DNA of 64,000 nucleotides. Origin: Candidatus Magasanikbacteria bacterium RIFCSPHIGHO2_01_FULL_33_34 (GTDB taxonomy: Bacteria; Patescibacteriota; Patescibacteriia; Magasanikbacterales; UBA922). Below the pieces are notes generated by a model. The model had not been told where the DNA came from and made no database searches. It saw nothing but the letters and a program-made list of their open reading frames with translations. The position numbers and the translations under genes are program-made. Shown here piece by piece: positions 37,979-48,800 of the stretch. Where the stretch lies: contig MFPS01000009.1 in NCBI GenBank assembly GCA_001782825.1, positions 31,770 to 95,769 of the forward strand. The letters are read 5' to 3'. Every line of letters begins with the position of its first letter. The stretch's first letter is position 1.

Positions 37979-40837
37979 ATGCCACAATACATAAAAATTA
38001 CAAATGCTCGAGTAAACAACTTAAAAAATGCTTCTCTCAAAATTGAAAAAAACAAACTTACAGTAATTACTGGACTATCTGGATCAGGTAAATCATCTTT
38101 GGCTTTTGATACCATCTATGCCGAAGGACAACGCAGATACGCAGAAAGTCTAAATGCTTATGCGCGTCAATTTATGGATGTACAAGACAAACCTGATGTT
38201 GATGAAATTACTGGATTGTCTCCGACTATCGCCATTGATCAGAGAAATACTTCTCAAAACCCTCGTTCAACAGTCGGAACTGTAACCGAAATTTATGATC
38301 ACCTCCGTCTATTATTTTCTCGCATTGGAAAACAATTTTGTCCTGATACAAACAAACCCGTAACCAAATATACCACTGGTGAAATTACTGAAATCATCCG
38401 CAAAACTTGTCGCACAGAAAAAGAAGTTTTATTATTTGCTCCAATAATTACAAAAAAAGAAATTGATGCCAAAAAAATTCTCCCTCGCCTTGAACAATCT
38501 GGTTATCAAACTATCCGTGTCAATGGTATTATAATGAAATTAATAGATTTAAAAAAATACAAATTTAATACAAATTCAACTTATGATATTGAAATATTGA
38601 TTGGCAAAATAACTGACATTAAAAAACAAGATATATCATCATTAGTTGAAAAAGCAATTGATCTTTCAAATGGATCAATACTAATATTAAATGAAGAAAC
38701 CGGGGACGAACAAATTTATACTACTTTTCCATTTTGTCCAGATTCTAATAGAAATTTTGAAGCAATTGAACCAAGGACTTTCAGTTTCAATAGTCCATAT
38801 GGAGCATGTCCACGCTGTACTGGTCTTGGTTTTACATTAGATGTAGATACTGATTTAGTTATTCCCAACCCAAGACTTACGCTAGCAGAAGGAGCCATTC
38901 AACCATGGACTAGAATTGTCGGCAATCAAAATCATTATCAAAAAATATTATCTTCTGTAGCTCAAGCTCACAATTTTTCCATGAATACACCCATAAAAGA
39001 TTTGCCTCAAGATGTAATGAATATTTTATTTTTTGGTACAGATGGAGAAAACTATGAGATTGATGGTAAAAAAATGAATTATGATGGAATAGTCCCAAAT
39101 CTTACTCAACGCCATGCTGAAACTGATTCTGAATATATTAGAAAAGAAATTGAAAATTACATGCGTGAAAAAAAATGTCCGGCATGCAAAGGTAAAAGAC
39201 TAAAAGCCGAATCTCTCCATGTCAAAATCAATGACTATTCAATCTCAGATATTGCTGAGATGACTATTGAAGAAGCTAATGACTTTTTTAATCAACTTAT
39301 TTCCAAACCAAACTCCACAACGACCAAAGGCAAAAAAACTGACAATCATCTAATAATTACCAAACAAGAAGAACAAATTGCTTTGCCTATTTTAAAAGAA
39401 ATAAAAAATAAAATTGACGATTTGTTACAAGTTGGTCTTTATTATCTAACACTTGATCGTGGATTTAATACGCTCTCTGGTGGTGAAGCCCAAAGAATCC
39501 GTTTATCATCACAACTCTCCACTGGACTTACTGATGTTATATATATATTAGATGAACCTTCTATTGGACTCCACCCAAAAGACAATGACAAACTAATAAA
39601 TACCCTAAAAACATTACGGGATTTAGGTAATACTGTTATAGTAGTTGAACATGATCAAGCGATGATAGAAGAAGCAGATTATGTTGTAGATGTTGGACCT
39701 GGAGCTGGATTTTATGGCGGAGAAATAATTGCCTGTGGAACACCTGCTCAAATAAAGAAAAATCCAAAATCAATTACTGGAAAATACCTATCAATGAAGG
39801 AAAAAATTTCTGCGCCAAAAAAACTTCATGCTGGCAATAATAAAAACATATCAATCATTGGAGCAAAAGCCTTCAACCTTAAAAATATTGATGTCAATAT
39901 TCCTCTCAGCAAATTAGTTTGTGTGACCGGCGTCTCTGGTTCTGGAAAATCTAGCCTTATTACCAATATACTAGGCAAAGCTCTTAGTAAACATTTTTAC
40001 CGAGCAAAAAGTGAACCTGGTATACATAAATCTATAAAAGGAATAACAAATATTGATAAAGTAATTTCAATCAATCAATCTCCAATTGGACGAACACCTC
40101 GCAGTAATCCAGCCACCTATACTGGTGTATTTACTGGCATTCGCGATGTATTTACCAATGTTCCAGAAGCAAAACTCCGCGGATATGGTGCCGGTATGTT
40201 TAGTTTCAATGTCAAAGGTGGTGGTAGATGTGAAGCTTGTTCAGGAGATGGATATATCAGAATTCCAATGCAATTTTTGACTGATGTATTTGTTGAATGT
40301 AGTGAATGTGAAGGGAAAAGATACAACAAAGAAGCTCTAGAAATTCATTATCATAGCAAAAATATTGCTGATGTCTTAGATATGACAGTTGAAGAAGCCA
40401 GAGTATTTTTTTCTGATATTTCTGGAATTGCTGACAAACTACAAATATTACGAGAAGTTGGATTAGGTTATCTACATCTTGGACAACCAGCTACCAACTT
40501 ATCTGGTGGTGAAGCCCAAAGAATAAAACTGGCTACAGAATTATCTCGCCGTGCTACTGGTAAAACTTTATACATACTTGACGAACCAACTACTGGTTTA
40601 CATTTTGAAGATATCAAACGCTTACTCCAAGTATTAAACCAACTAGTAGACAAAGGAAATACCGTCCTAATCATTGAACATAATCTTGATGTTATAAAAT
40701 CTGCTGACTGGGTGATTGATCTCGGTCCTGGTGGTGGCAAACAAGGTGGTGAATTAGTCGCCGAAGGCACTCCAAAAGATGTAGCCAAAGTAAAAAATAG
40801 TTATACCGGACAATATTTGAAAGAACTACTTAAATAA
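37979..40837 (+). CDS. uvrA: Excinuclease ABC subunit A
   Basis: Two Walker A motifs ([18 protein letters not shown]), LSGGEAQRI twice, Zn-finger CxxC motifs. Confidence 0.97.
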   Translation: MPQYIKITNARVNNLKNASLKIEKNKLTVITGLSGSGKSSLAFDTIYAEGQRRYAESLNAYARQFMDVQDKPDVDEITGLSPTIAIDQRNTSQNPRSTVGTVTEIYDHLRLLFSRIGKQFCPDTNKPVTKYTTGEITEIIRKTCRTEKEVLLFAPIITKKEIDAKKILPRLEQSGYQTIRVNGIIMKLIDLKKYKFNTNSTYDIEILIGKITDIKKQDISSLVEKAIDLSNGSILILNEETGDEQIYTTFPFCPDSNRNFEAIEPRTFSFNSPYGACPRCTGLGFTLDVDTDLVIPNPRLTLAEGAIQPWTRIVGNQNHYQKILSSVAQAHNFSMNTPIKDLPQDVMNILFFGTDGENYEIDGKKMNYDGIVPNLTQRHAETDSEYIRKEIENYMREKKCPACKGKRLKAESLHVKINDYSISDIAEMTIEEANDFFNQLISKPNSTTTKGKKTDNHLIITKQEEQIALPILKEIKNKIDDLLQVGLYYLTLDRGFNTLSGGEAQRIRLSSQLSTGLTDVIYILDEPSIGLHPKDNDKLINTLKTLRDLGNTVIVVEHDQAMIEEADYVVDVGPGAGFYGGEIIACGTPAQIKKNPKSITGKYLSMKEKISAPKKLHAGNNKNISIIGAKAFNLKNIDVNIPLSKLVCVTGVSGSGKSSLITNILGKALSKHFYRAKSEPGIHKSIKGITNIDKVISINQSPIGRTPRSNPATYTGVFTGIRDVFTNVPEAKLRGYGAGMFSFNVKGGGRCEACSGDGYIRIPMQFLTDVFVECSECEGKRYNKEALEIHYHSKNIADVLDMTVEEARVFFSDISGIADKLQILREVGLGYLHLGQPATNLSGGEAQRIKLATELSRRATGKTLYILDEPTTGLHFEDIKRLLQVLNQLVDKGNTVLIIEHNLDVIKSADWVIDLGPGGGKQGGELVAEGTPKDVAKVKNSYTGQYLKELLK

Positions 40838-40842
40838 TAAAT

Positions 40843-40871
40843 TAAAAAATCCCTTTATAGGGATTTTTTAA
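40843..40871. terminator. Bidirectional terminator between uvrA and pnp
   Basis: AAAAATCCCT-TTAT-AGGGATTTTT between convergent genes. Confidence 0.8.
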
Positions 40872-40872
40872 T

Positions 40873-43107
40873 TTATCTTCTGTTTTTATTAAATGGTTTT
40901 TTGAAGCCACCGGATCTGCCACCTGAACCACTACCACCTGTTCTTGGTGGTCTTGGTGCTGGAGGCATATATCCTTCTGGTTGAGGTAAAAGTGCTTTCA
41001 TAGAAAGATTTATTCTTCCCATATCATCAATCTCTTTTACTTTCACTCTCACCTTCTGTCCAATTTTCAATACATCGCCTGGTTTTTCTACTCTCTCCCA
41101 AGCAATTTCACTCACATGAACCATACCATCTTTGCCAGGCAAAACCTGTACAAAAGCTCCAAAATCCATAATACGAACCACTTCACCATCATATTCTTCA
41201 CCAGCCATAACTTCTTTGGTAAGTTCTTCAATAATTTTACGAGCTTTAGCCATACCTTCGCCATCATTTGATGTAATCATTACCCGACCGTCCTGTTCAA
41301 TATCAATCTGCACACCAGTATCATCAATAATTTTATTTATTACTTTTCCACCAGGTCCAATAACGTCCCTAATCTTTTCTGGATCAATTATAATGGTTTC
41401 AATTCTTGGAGCATACTTTGACATTGCTTGTGGTTCTGCAATAGTATTTTCCATAACTGATAATATTTCTAATCTAGCATCATACGCTTGTGAAATAGTT
41501 TTTTTCACCAGATCCCAATTAAGACCTTGCGTCTTTGTATCCATTTGTAAAGCTGTAATACCATCTCGTGTCCCAGCAATCTTAAAATCCATTCCGCCTT
41601 TACCATCTTCAATGTCTTGCAAATCAGTCAAAATTTTCCAATTTCCTGATTCGTCTGATGCAAGACCCATGGCAATACCCGCTACAGATTTTTTTATTGG
41701 TACTCCAGCTGCCATCAAGGTCATACTTGAACCACAAGTTGAAGCCATAGAGCTAGATCCATTTGATCCTAACACTTCTGAAACAACCCGAATTGTATAT
41801 GGAAAATCTTCTACTGATGGAAGTACTGGTTCTAAAGCGCGTTCTGCAAGCGCCCCATGACCAATCGCCCGACGGCCAGGTCCACGCATAAATCCTGCTT
41901 CACCATATGTATACGGAGCATCATTATAGTGATGCATATATCGTTTTGTTCCATCTTCTTCCATAGTGTCTAATGTCTGTACATCTCCAGGTGCGCCAAG
42001 AGTAGCAATTGATAATACTTGTGTGTCCCCACGCATAAACATAGCCGAACCATGAGTACGAGGAAGTAAATCAATACTAGATTGCAATTCACGAATTTCA
42101 GTCAACTTTCTACCATCCAATCTTTGATCACGTTCCAAAATTCTTTTTGTAATTTCAAATGCAATATATTCTTTCAAATTCTTTAATCCAGCATTATGAG
42201 TGTCTTCTTCAAAACCTTTTTCAACCAAATGAACTTTCAACGCTTCTTTGATTTTGTCAATCATTTCTTTTCTTTCTTTTTTACTTACTTTTATAGAATC
42301 AAAAATCATTGTATCCGATACGCTTGCCACAAATTCTTGTGAAATTTTTCTAACCTTTTCTTCAACATTATCTTCTATCAATCCCAAATCATTAGCAAAA
42401 TCAGGTAAAGCTAATTTTTCAACCCCAGCTTCAGCACGAACACGCTCAATTAAATCTATTAATGGTTTTAGTTGTTCACAACCCCATTTGATTGCCTCAA
42501 ACATATCATCTTCTTTGACTTCTTTTGCTCCAGCTTCTACCATTACCAATTTTTCCGGTGTACCTGCTACCACCAAATCCAAATCACTTTCTCCAAGTTT
42601 ATCTGAGGTAATATTCAATATGAATTCTCCATTAACTCGTCCAATTCTAGCAGCACCAATTGGACCACCCCAAGGTACGGCTGACATATGAACCACACAA
42701 CTAGCAGCCACAAGACCAACAATAGCTGCATCATTTTCACCATCAACAGAAAGAGCAGTGATTACGACTTGTACATCATTGCGTACTCTTTCATCAAAAA
42801 GAGGGCGAATAGCTCTATCAATTACTCGGCCTGACAATATTGCTTCGTCTGTTGGTCGTCCTTCACGTTTTATAAATCTTGAACCTTTAATTTTACCAGC
42901 GGCATACAATTTTTCTTCAAAATCAACCATTAGTGGAAAGTAATCTATACCTTCACGAACGCTATCACTCTGTACTATAGTCGCCATAATAACAGTGTCA
43001 CCATAACGCACTGTACAAGTCGCATTAGCTTGTAATGCAAATCTACCTGTCTCAATAGACAGTGTTCGTCCACCCCATTCTATGGACCAATTTTTTATAT
43101 CCAACAT
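40873..43107 (-). CDS. pnp: Polyribonucleotide nucleotidyltransferase (PNPase)
   Basis: Two RNase PH domains (RAIGHGALAE, SNGSSSMAS, GMDFKIAGT), KH and S1 domains. Confidence 0.97.
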   Translation of the reverse strand: MLDIKNWSIEWGGRTLSIETGRFALQANATCTVRYGDTVIMATIVQSDSVREGIDYFPLMVDFEEKLYAAGKIKGSRFIKREGRPTDEAILSGRVIDRAIRPLFDERVRNDVQVVITALSVDGENDAAIVGLVAASCVVHMSAVPWGGPIGAARIGRVNGEFILNITSDKLGESDLDLVVAGTPEKLVMVEAGAKEVKEDDMFEAIKWGCEQLKPLIDLIERVRAEAGVEKLALPDFANDLGLIEDNVEEKVRKISQEFVASVSDTMIFDSIKVSKKERKEMIDKIKEALKVHLVEKGFEEDTHNAGLKNLKEYIAFEITKRILERDQRLDGRKLTEIRELQSSIDLLPRTHGSAMFMRGDTQVLSIATLGAPGDVQTLDTMEEDGTKRYMHHYNDAPYTYGEAGFMRGPGRRAIGHGALAERALEPVLPSVEDFPYTIRVVSEVLGSNGSSSMASTCGSSMTLMAAGVPIKKSVAGIAMGLASDESGNWKILTDLQDIEDGKGGMDFKIAGTRDGITALQMDTKTQGLNWDLVKKTISQAYDARLEILSVMENTIAEPQAMSKYAPRIETIIIDPEKIRDVIGPGGKVINKIIDDTGVQIDIEQDGRVMITSNDGEGMAKARKIIEELTKEVMAGEEYDGEVVRIMDFGAFVQVLPGKDGMVHVSEIAWERVEKPGDVLKIGQKVRVKVKEIDDMGRINLSMKALLPQPEGYMPPAPRPPRTGGSGSGGRSGGFKKPFNKNRR

Positions 43108-43206
43108 ATATTTATTGCTGGATTGATCTAGATACTATAGATCTGAACACATAATAATTATATGCAAACCTAGCTGTCTCCAGACCAATCCTTAATTAAT
43201 TAATAA

Positions 43207-43857
43207 TTATTTTTTTATATTTTTTTTATGCATTTGTTTTCTATCATTATTTTTCTTGTAATCAACTGCTTTTTGTCCATTATTGCTATTGTTTCCAGTC
43301 TGCGATTTATTTTCAGACAATTTTCTATCAACAATTAAAAACCTATCCTGATCATCACTCAAATCAAGAAAACTATCAGCAACTTCTATTAATTTTGATG
43401 ATGCTGTCTCACCAAATGCAGCTACTTCTACATATTTGCCAGTACTTTTTTGTAAATATTCTATCAATGGAACATAATCTCCGTCTCCTGACACAAGAAT
43501 AACCGCATCCAAACTAGGTGCAAGTCTAATAGCATCCACTGTAAGACCAACATCCCAATCAGCCTTCTTCATACCAGAATAAAAAATTTGTAAATCTTTT
43601 TCTCTTTTTTCAATACCTAAATTATATAAAGCATCAAAAAATGGCATTTCTTCTTTTGATTCAGTTCTTACGACATAAGCAAAAGCACGAATCAATTTTC
43701 TTCCAGCCACAGTTTCATTGAGAATATTTCCAAAATTTACTTTTTTTCTATACAAATTTTTAGCACTATAATACAAATTTTGAACATCTATAAACACCCC
43801 TACTCTTTGGTGGGGGTGTATTACTGGATTATGTCTATTACTCTTTATCTTTGTCAT
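43207..43857 (-). CDS. NYN domain (LabA/DUF88) protein
   Basis: FIDVQNL, KADWDVGL, SGDGDY; start uncertain. Confidence 0.88.
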   Translation of the reverse strand: MTKIKSNRHNPVIHPHQRVGVFIDVQNLYYSAKNLYRKKVNFGNILNETVAGRKLIRAFAYVVRTESKEEMPFFDALYNLGIEKREKDLQIFYSGMKKADWDVGLTVDAIRLAPSLDAVILVSGDGDYVPLIEYLQKSTGKYVEVAAFGETASSKLIEVADSFLDLSDDQDRFLIVDRKLSENKSQTGNNSNNGQKAVDYKKNNDRKQMHKKNIKK

Positions 43858-44182
43858 CTTCTTCAATATTATCCTCATCATCTAACACTAGCTCTTGAGG
43901 CTTATCTAGAGATTTCACTTGTTTTAATTTAAGTTTTTTTATTAAATTTTCATGTGATTTAAGATCTTCTTTTTTCAAAAATCTTAACAATCTTCTTCTC
44001 TCACCAACTTTTTTCAAAAGACCTCTTCTTGAAGAATGATCCTTTGGATTAACTTTCAAATGTTCTGCTAACTCATCTATCTCAGCTGAGAGAATTGCTA
44101 TTTGCACTTCACTTGACCCAGTATCTCCCTCATGAGTCTGAAACTTTTTTATTAACTTGGTTTTTTTCTGTTTATCTAACAT
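43838..44182 (-). CDS. rpsO: 30S ribosomal protein S15
   Basis: DTGSSEVQIA, KDHSSRRGLLKKVG.RRRLL. Confidence 0.96.
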   Translation of the reverse strand: MLDKQKKTKLIKKFQTHEGDTGSSEVQIAILSAEIDELAEHLKVNPKDHSSRRGLLKKVGERRRLLRFLKKEDLKSHENLIKKLKLKQVKSLDKPQELVLDDEDNIEEDDKDKE

Positions 44183-44327
44183 ACATGCCAATATTATTTA
44201 TCGGGCCGATTGCTAGCATGTTAATCCCTTTTGGGCTGCATATGGTCCGAACCGCTTATATAGAGTATATAAGCTGATTTTTTAATGAGTATATTATAGC
44301 ATTGCTACCTCAAAATGTCAAGCCAAA

Positions 44328-44837
44328 TTATTCCATACTTTTTTCCTTATATGCAAGAGAATATGCACAAGTTAGGGCAATAGCGAGAGCATCAGCCGCA
44401 TCATCTTGAGTAATCTTTTCCTTCATTTTCAAGTGTATTTGAACCAATTTTTGAATTTGATCTTTTTGGGCCCGACCATACCCCGTGAGGGATTGTTTTA
44501 CTTGAAGCGGTGTAAATTCATCTATTGGTAATCCAGCTTGTTTCAAAGTAAGTAAAATAACCCCTCTCGCTTGCCCCACCTTAATAGCCGTCTTTACATT
44601 ATTACAAAAAAATAAATCTTCAACCCCTGAATAATTTGGCCGATACTTCTCAATAATCGAAGTTAATTGTTCATGAATCTGAACTAATCTATCAATAAAT
44701 TCAAATTTCGTATCAGTTTCAATACAACCATGATCAACATATACCCAGTCTCCATTTTGTTTTTCAATCACACCCCAACCAACTCGCCCAAAACCTGGAT
44801 CAATACCTATGACTCTTTTTTTTTGTTCCAAATTCAT
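44328..44837 (-). CDS. ruvC: Holliday junction resolvase RuvC
   Basis: IGIDPG, VEDLFF, GQARGV, TGYGRA.K, DDAADALAIA; likely start at MNLEQ. Confidence 0.95.
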   Translation of the reverse strand: MNLEQKKRVIGIDPGFGRVGWGVIEKQNGDWVYVDHGCIETDTKFEFIDRLVQIHEQLTSIIEKYRPNYSGVEDLFFCNNVKTAIKVGQARGVILLTLKQAGLPIDEFTPLQVKQSLTGYGRAQKDQIQKLVQIHLKMKEKITQDDAADALAIALTCAYSLAYKEKSME

Positions 44838-44841
44838 AAAA

Positions 44842-45576
44842 TCAAGCTTCATTGGTATAAACCGCTTCAACATCATCAAGCTCATCCAGCAAATCATACA
44901 ATTTAGCAACACTAGCTGATTCATTTTCTTCCAAAGTAATTGTTTCTTTTGCAACCCATTCCAAACCAGAATCTTCTGTATCAATAGCAAATTTTTTAAT
45001 AACTTCCAAAACTGTTTGTAATTTGTCTATAGCACAATGTAGCTCTATACCAAATTCACTCTCGATAATATCATCCACTCCCGCATCCATTAAACCTAAC
45101 TCAAGATCAGACCACTTTTCCCCAAGCATATCCTTTTTATCTTTACCCAAACGAACAACTCCCATATGATCAAACTGCCACTGAACACAGCCTGGTCCAC
45201 CAAGAGAACCTTCGTACTTAGAAAAAACATGTTTTATTTCTGATACAGCTCTGTTTTTGTTATCAGTAACAGCTTCTATTAAAAAAGCTATACCACCCTG
45301 GCCAAAGCCTTCATATATAATCTCTTCAAAAACTGCGCCTTCAGCTAATTCACCTATTCCTCGTTTTATGGCCTTTTCAATATTATCTTTAGGAACATTA
45401 CTTATTTTAGCTTTGTCTATTGCTAAACGTAATGAAAAGTTCATATCTGGATCCCCTCCACCATGAGACGCCGCAATTGTAATTGCTTTACAAAGTTTAG
45501 TAAACAAATTACTACGAGCCCCATCAATTTTCCCCTTTTTATGTTGAATTTTACTCCATTTTGAATGTCCTGACAT
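44842..45576 (-). CDS. yebC: YebC/PmpR family regulator
   Basis: MSGHSKWSKIQHKK, YEGFG.GG, TDNKNR. Confidence 0.95.
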   Translation of the reverse strand: MSGHSKWSKIQHKKGKIDGARSNLFTKLCKAITIAASHGGGDPDMNFSLRLAIDKAKISNVPKDNIEKAIKRGIGELAEGAVFEEIIYEGFGQGGIAFLIEAVTDNKNRAVSEIKHVFSKYEGSLGGPGCVQWQFDHMGVVRLGKDKKDMLGEKWSDLELGLMDAGVDDIIESEFGIELHCAIDKLQTVLEVIKKFAIDTEDSGLEWVAKETITLEENESASVAKLYDLLDELDDVEAVYTNEA

Positions 45577-45648
45577 ATATTTATGAATAATATAAATTGT
45601 AAGAATTGAAAGTGTTGTTTATAATTAAGCACTAATTCCAATTGTTTG

Positions 45649-45737
45649 TTTTTACGGATTTGATGCCCCAACAAGCATCACCCTCGGAGCCGAAGCGAGA
45701 ATCCTGCCTGCCGACAGGCAGGGAGTGAATAATAATT
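45649..45737. repeat. Structured intergenic repeat, copy 2, with an inserted 20-bp palindrome
   Basis: TTTTTACGGATTTG..CCTCGGAGCC..GCGAGAAT..GAGT is shared with 7351-7409; CCTGCCTG-CCGA-CAGGCAGG is inserted at 45703-45722. Confidence 0.72.
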
Positions 45738-45813
45738 CCCATTATATTAATTCACACTACTCATATTAACAATATATTCACACTTTATCACTATATTCAA
45801 TTCTTTTCAACAC

Positions 45814-45836
45814 AAAACCCCTCTAAAAGGGGTTTT
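45814..45836 (-). terminator. Terminator after the large surface protein gene
   Basis: AAAACCCC...GGGGTTTT hairpin. Confidence 0.65.
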
Positions 45837-45861
45837 GGCTAAAAAGTTATAAAAAGTTATT

Positions 45862-48800
45862 TTATAATCCCAATTGTCCAACCCATCCAAATGTATCTTC
45901 AAGATTGCTCATAATTACTTGGAATACAGACTCTTTTTGTCTTGGTGTAAGCAAAGTATAAGTTCTCGATCTGGTAACATTTCCTGAAGAATCAATAGAT
46001 TCTACTTGAAATTGGTACACTGTACCAGGTTCAAAATCAGTTATGACTAGAATATGTCTCTTGGTATAATTTGGTTGTAATGGTGTTTTTTTACTAAACT
46101 CTACTTTATCATCTGTTCTACCAAATCCTTTTTGATAAAATACTTGACTAGTAGACGGTTCATTGGTTGTCCAAGAAACTATAGCTTGAACGGCTGATTC
46201 ATCACCCGGTAATAAAGCAGCGTCAGTTTGTACCTGAACAATTATTGGGGACGAATCAGTTTCTGAAGTTGAAAATGTTGAAATTATTTTTGATAATATA
46301 TTACCATTCAAATCTTTTCCAGAAAGCTCAACTTGATAAGTAATACCAGCCTCCATATCACTGACTGTAACACCATGCAATATTGAAACAGCTTTATCAG
46401 ATACAGATTTAACCGAATCAATTTGTAATATACCATCCTGACCATAAGGAATATATGTAACCACTGAATCTGTTGGAATATTTGTTGTCCAATTAAAAAC
46501 TGCCTCACTATCAGATACTAAGTCTACTTTGTATGTGATTATTTCAGCTTGCTCATCTTTGGTTGTAAATGTAAGATCACCAGATCTTGCAGTATCTGAA
46601 ACCGGTGTCTTAGATCTCACTTGATAATGATAAGTAGTATTTGGTCTTAATTCTGAAATCAGAATATCATGATTTTCTACTTGTTCTGTAGCATCACCTA
46701 CTACTTGAGAATATTCCCCATTATTTACATAAGTTGATTCAGGCGCAAAAGCTACAAGTGAATTTGCTGGCTTATCTGTTGTCCAATAAACTCTAGCATA
46801 ACTTGATCCTACTTCAACAACTGGCCTACCACCTATTAAAGGTAATGGAACAAGCGCACCAAGTTCTTTTATGGTAGTATACTGAGTTGCCAAACCAGAT
46901 TCTAATGTCTCAATTGATACTTCTCCTGACATTCTTCTAATTATTTCTGCTGTTTTGTCTATAAGTGATTTGAAAATTGACTCTGGAGTTCCTTCTTCTT
47001 CCAAAATTTCCTCTTCAAGTTTTTCTAATTCATCAATTTCTTCTAAACCTGAGAGAGTTGTAAAAGATTGATTAGTAGATATAGTTCTATTTCCAGAAAT
47101 ATCAGCAGTTGAGACTTTAAATGTATATTGAGTTGAAGGTGATAAATCTCCAATAACTAAAGAATGATTAGTTTTTGTACTACTAATATCAACTAAAGCT
47201 ACATTCAAATCTTCTGCTAATTTTCCATATTGTAATATACTATCTCCTGCTTCATTTGTATCCCATTCAATCTTCACGGACTTTGTAGCAATATCTGAAA
47301 CTCTTATATTTGTAATTGTAGGGGCAATCTTATCAGATGGAGGAGTATAAGGAAAACCACCACCACCACTTGGAACACTTGCTACCCCAGCTGCTTCTGC
47401 CACTGCTTCTGCAGCTGCAACCTCGGCTGCAACTTCTGTCGCAGTTGAAAGTTCTTCACTTGTTACAAAACTTGATTGACTTGATGTGGTAGCATTGCCA
47501 GAACCATCAACTGAAGAAACTGTATAATAATAAGTTGTATCTTCAGTCAAACCTGTCAATGAAACTGTATGACTCAAATTTAATCCTGTTGTAAGAGTTG
47601 AATAAGTATCAAGTGAACCTGAGGTTGTTCCATACAAAAGTTGTGTAGTAGCTCCTTCATTGGTAGTCCAAGTTATAACCGCAGTTGTATCAGCCACCGG
47701 AGAAGCTGATACTGATGAAATAGTTGGTACAGTAGTATCATTAGTTGTTATAAAAGAATAATAATTTCCAGAATTTTTATCATTGGCTACACCAGATTCC
47801 ACATAAAAATAATAAGTCGTTCCTTGTATAAGTCCTGTAAGAGTAATTGAATGATTAGTTGTAGCTGTGGTATCTTCTACATTTGATGGACTTGATAAAC
47901 TAGAGTTTGTTGAATAATAAACTTGTGAATCAGCCGAAACATTTGTTGTCCACACAATAGTGGCTTGATTATTATCAACCGAATCAACTGCTACACTAGA
48001 AATGGAAGGTCCATCTAAAGTTGTAATAGAATAACCTGCACCAGAATTTGACTCATATGAAATATTACCATTTGGGTCGCTTGAAGCAAGCTGATAATAA
48101 TATGTCGTATTTGGAGACAATCCTATAACTGAAACAGAATGTCCTCCCAAACTTCCACCATCAGCTTTTACCATAGTATCCACTGTTGTAGTACTAAACG
48201 ATCCACCAAAAGCATTAGCAGAATAAGCAACCGATGAGCTAGCCACTTCATCTGTATCCCATGTAATTGTAAAACCTTGAGTCGTTATATTTGACTCAGC
48301 TCTATTTGTAATGGTTGGTGCGGTAGTATCTGTTCCACCTTGACCATCTGCATTGTCCGATACTACACTTGAAAAAGCTGAAGTGTTACCATCTGAATCA
48401 ACTGTTGCTACTTTATAATAGTAAGTTGTGTTTTGTGAAACTGTTTGGTCAAGATAATAATTGGTAGTACGTGATGCTTCAGATGACAAGAATGTATAAG
48501 TTGACCCATCTGTAGATCTATAAATATCATATCTAGAAAATCCTGGACTCGGAGCTGCTACTGTTTCCCAAATTATAAATTCTTTATAATTTCCTGAACT
48601 TGCATTTGAAATATCTTTGATTACCATATTTGTCGGTGTTTCTGGTGTTGTAGCTGATTGAATTGTAGTTGTATTAGAAAATGCATCCCTAAATTGTACA
48701 TAGACTGTATCTGGATCAGTTGCCAATGTAATTGTATCTGTAACCGCATAGCTCTCCCAAGTTCCATCTGAAACATCAGAAGATAATCCACTTATCATCT

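Noticed and set aside
41132-41860. 242-aa plus-strand ORF and similar antisense ORFs over valS, gap, pgk and rpoBC
   Set aside because: Antisense shadows of well-conserved genes with no independent motifs
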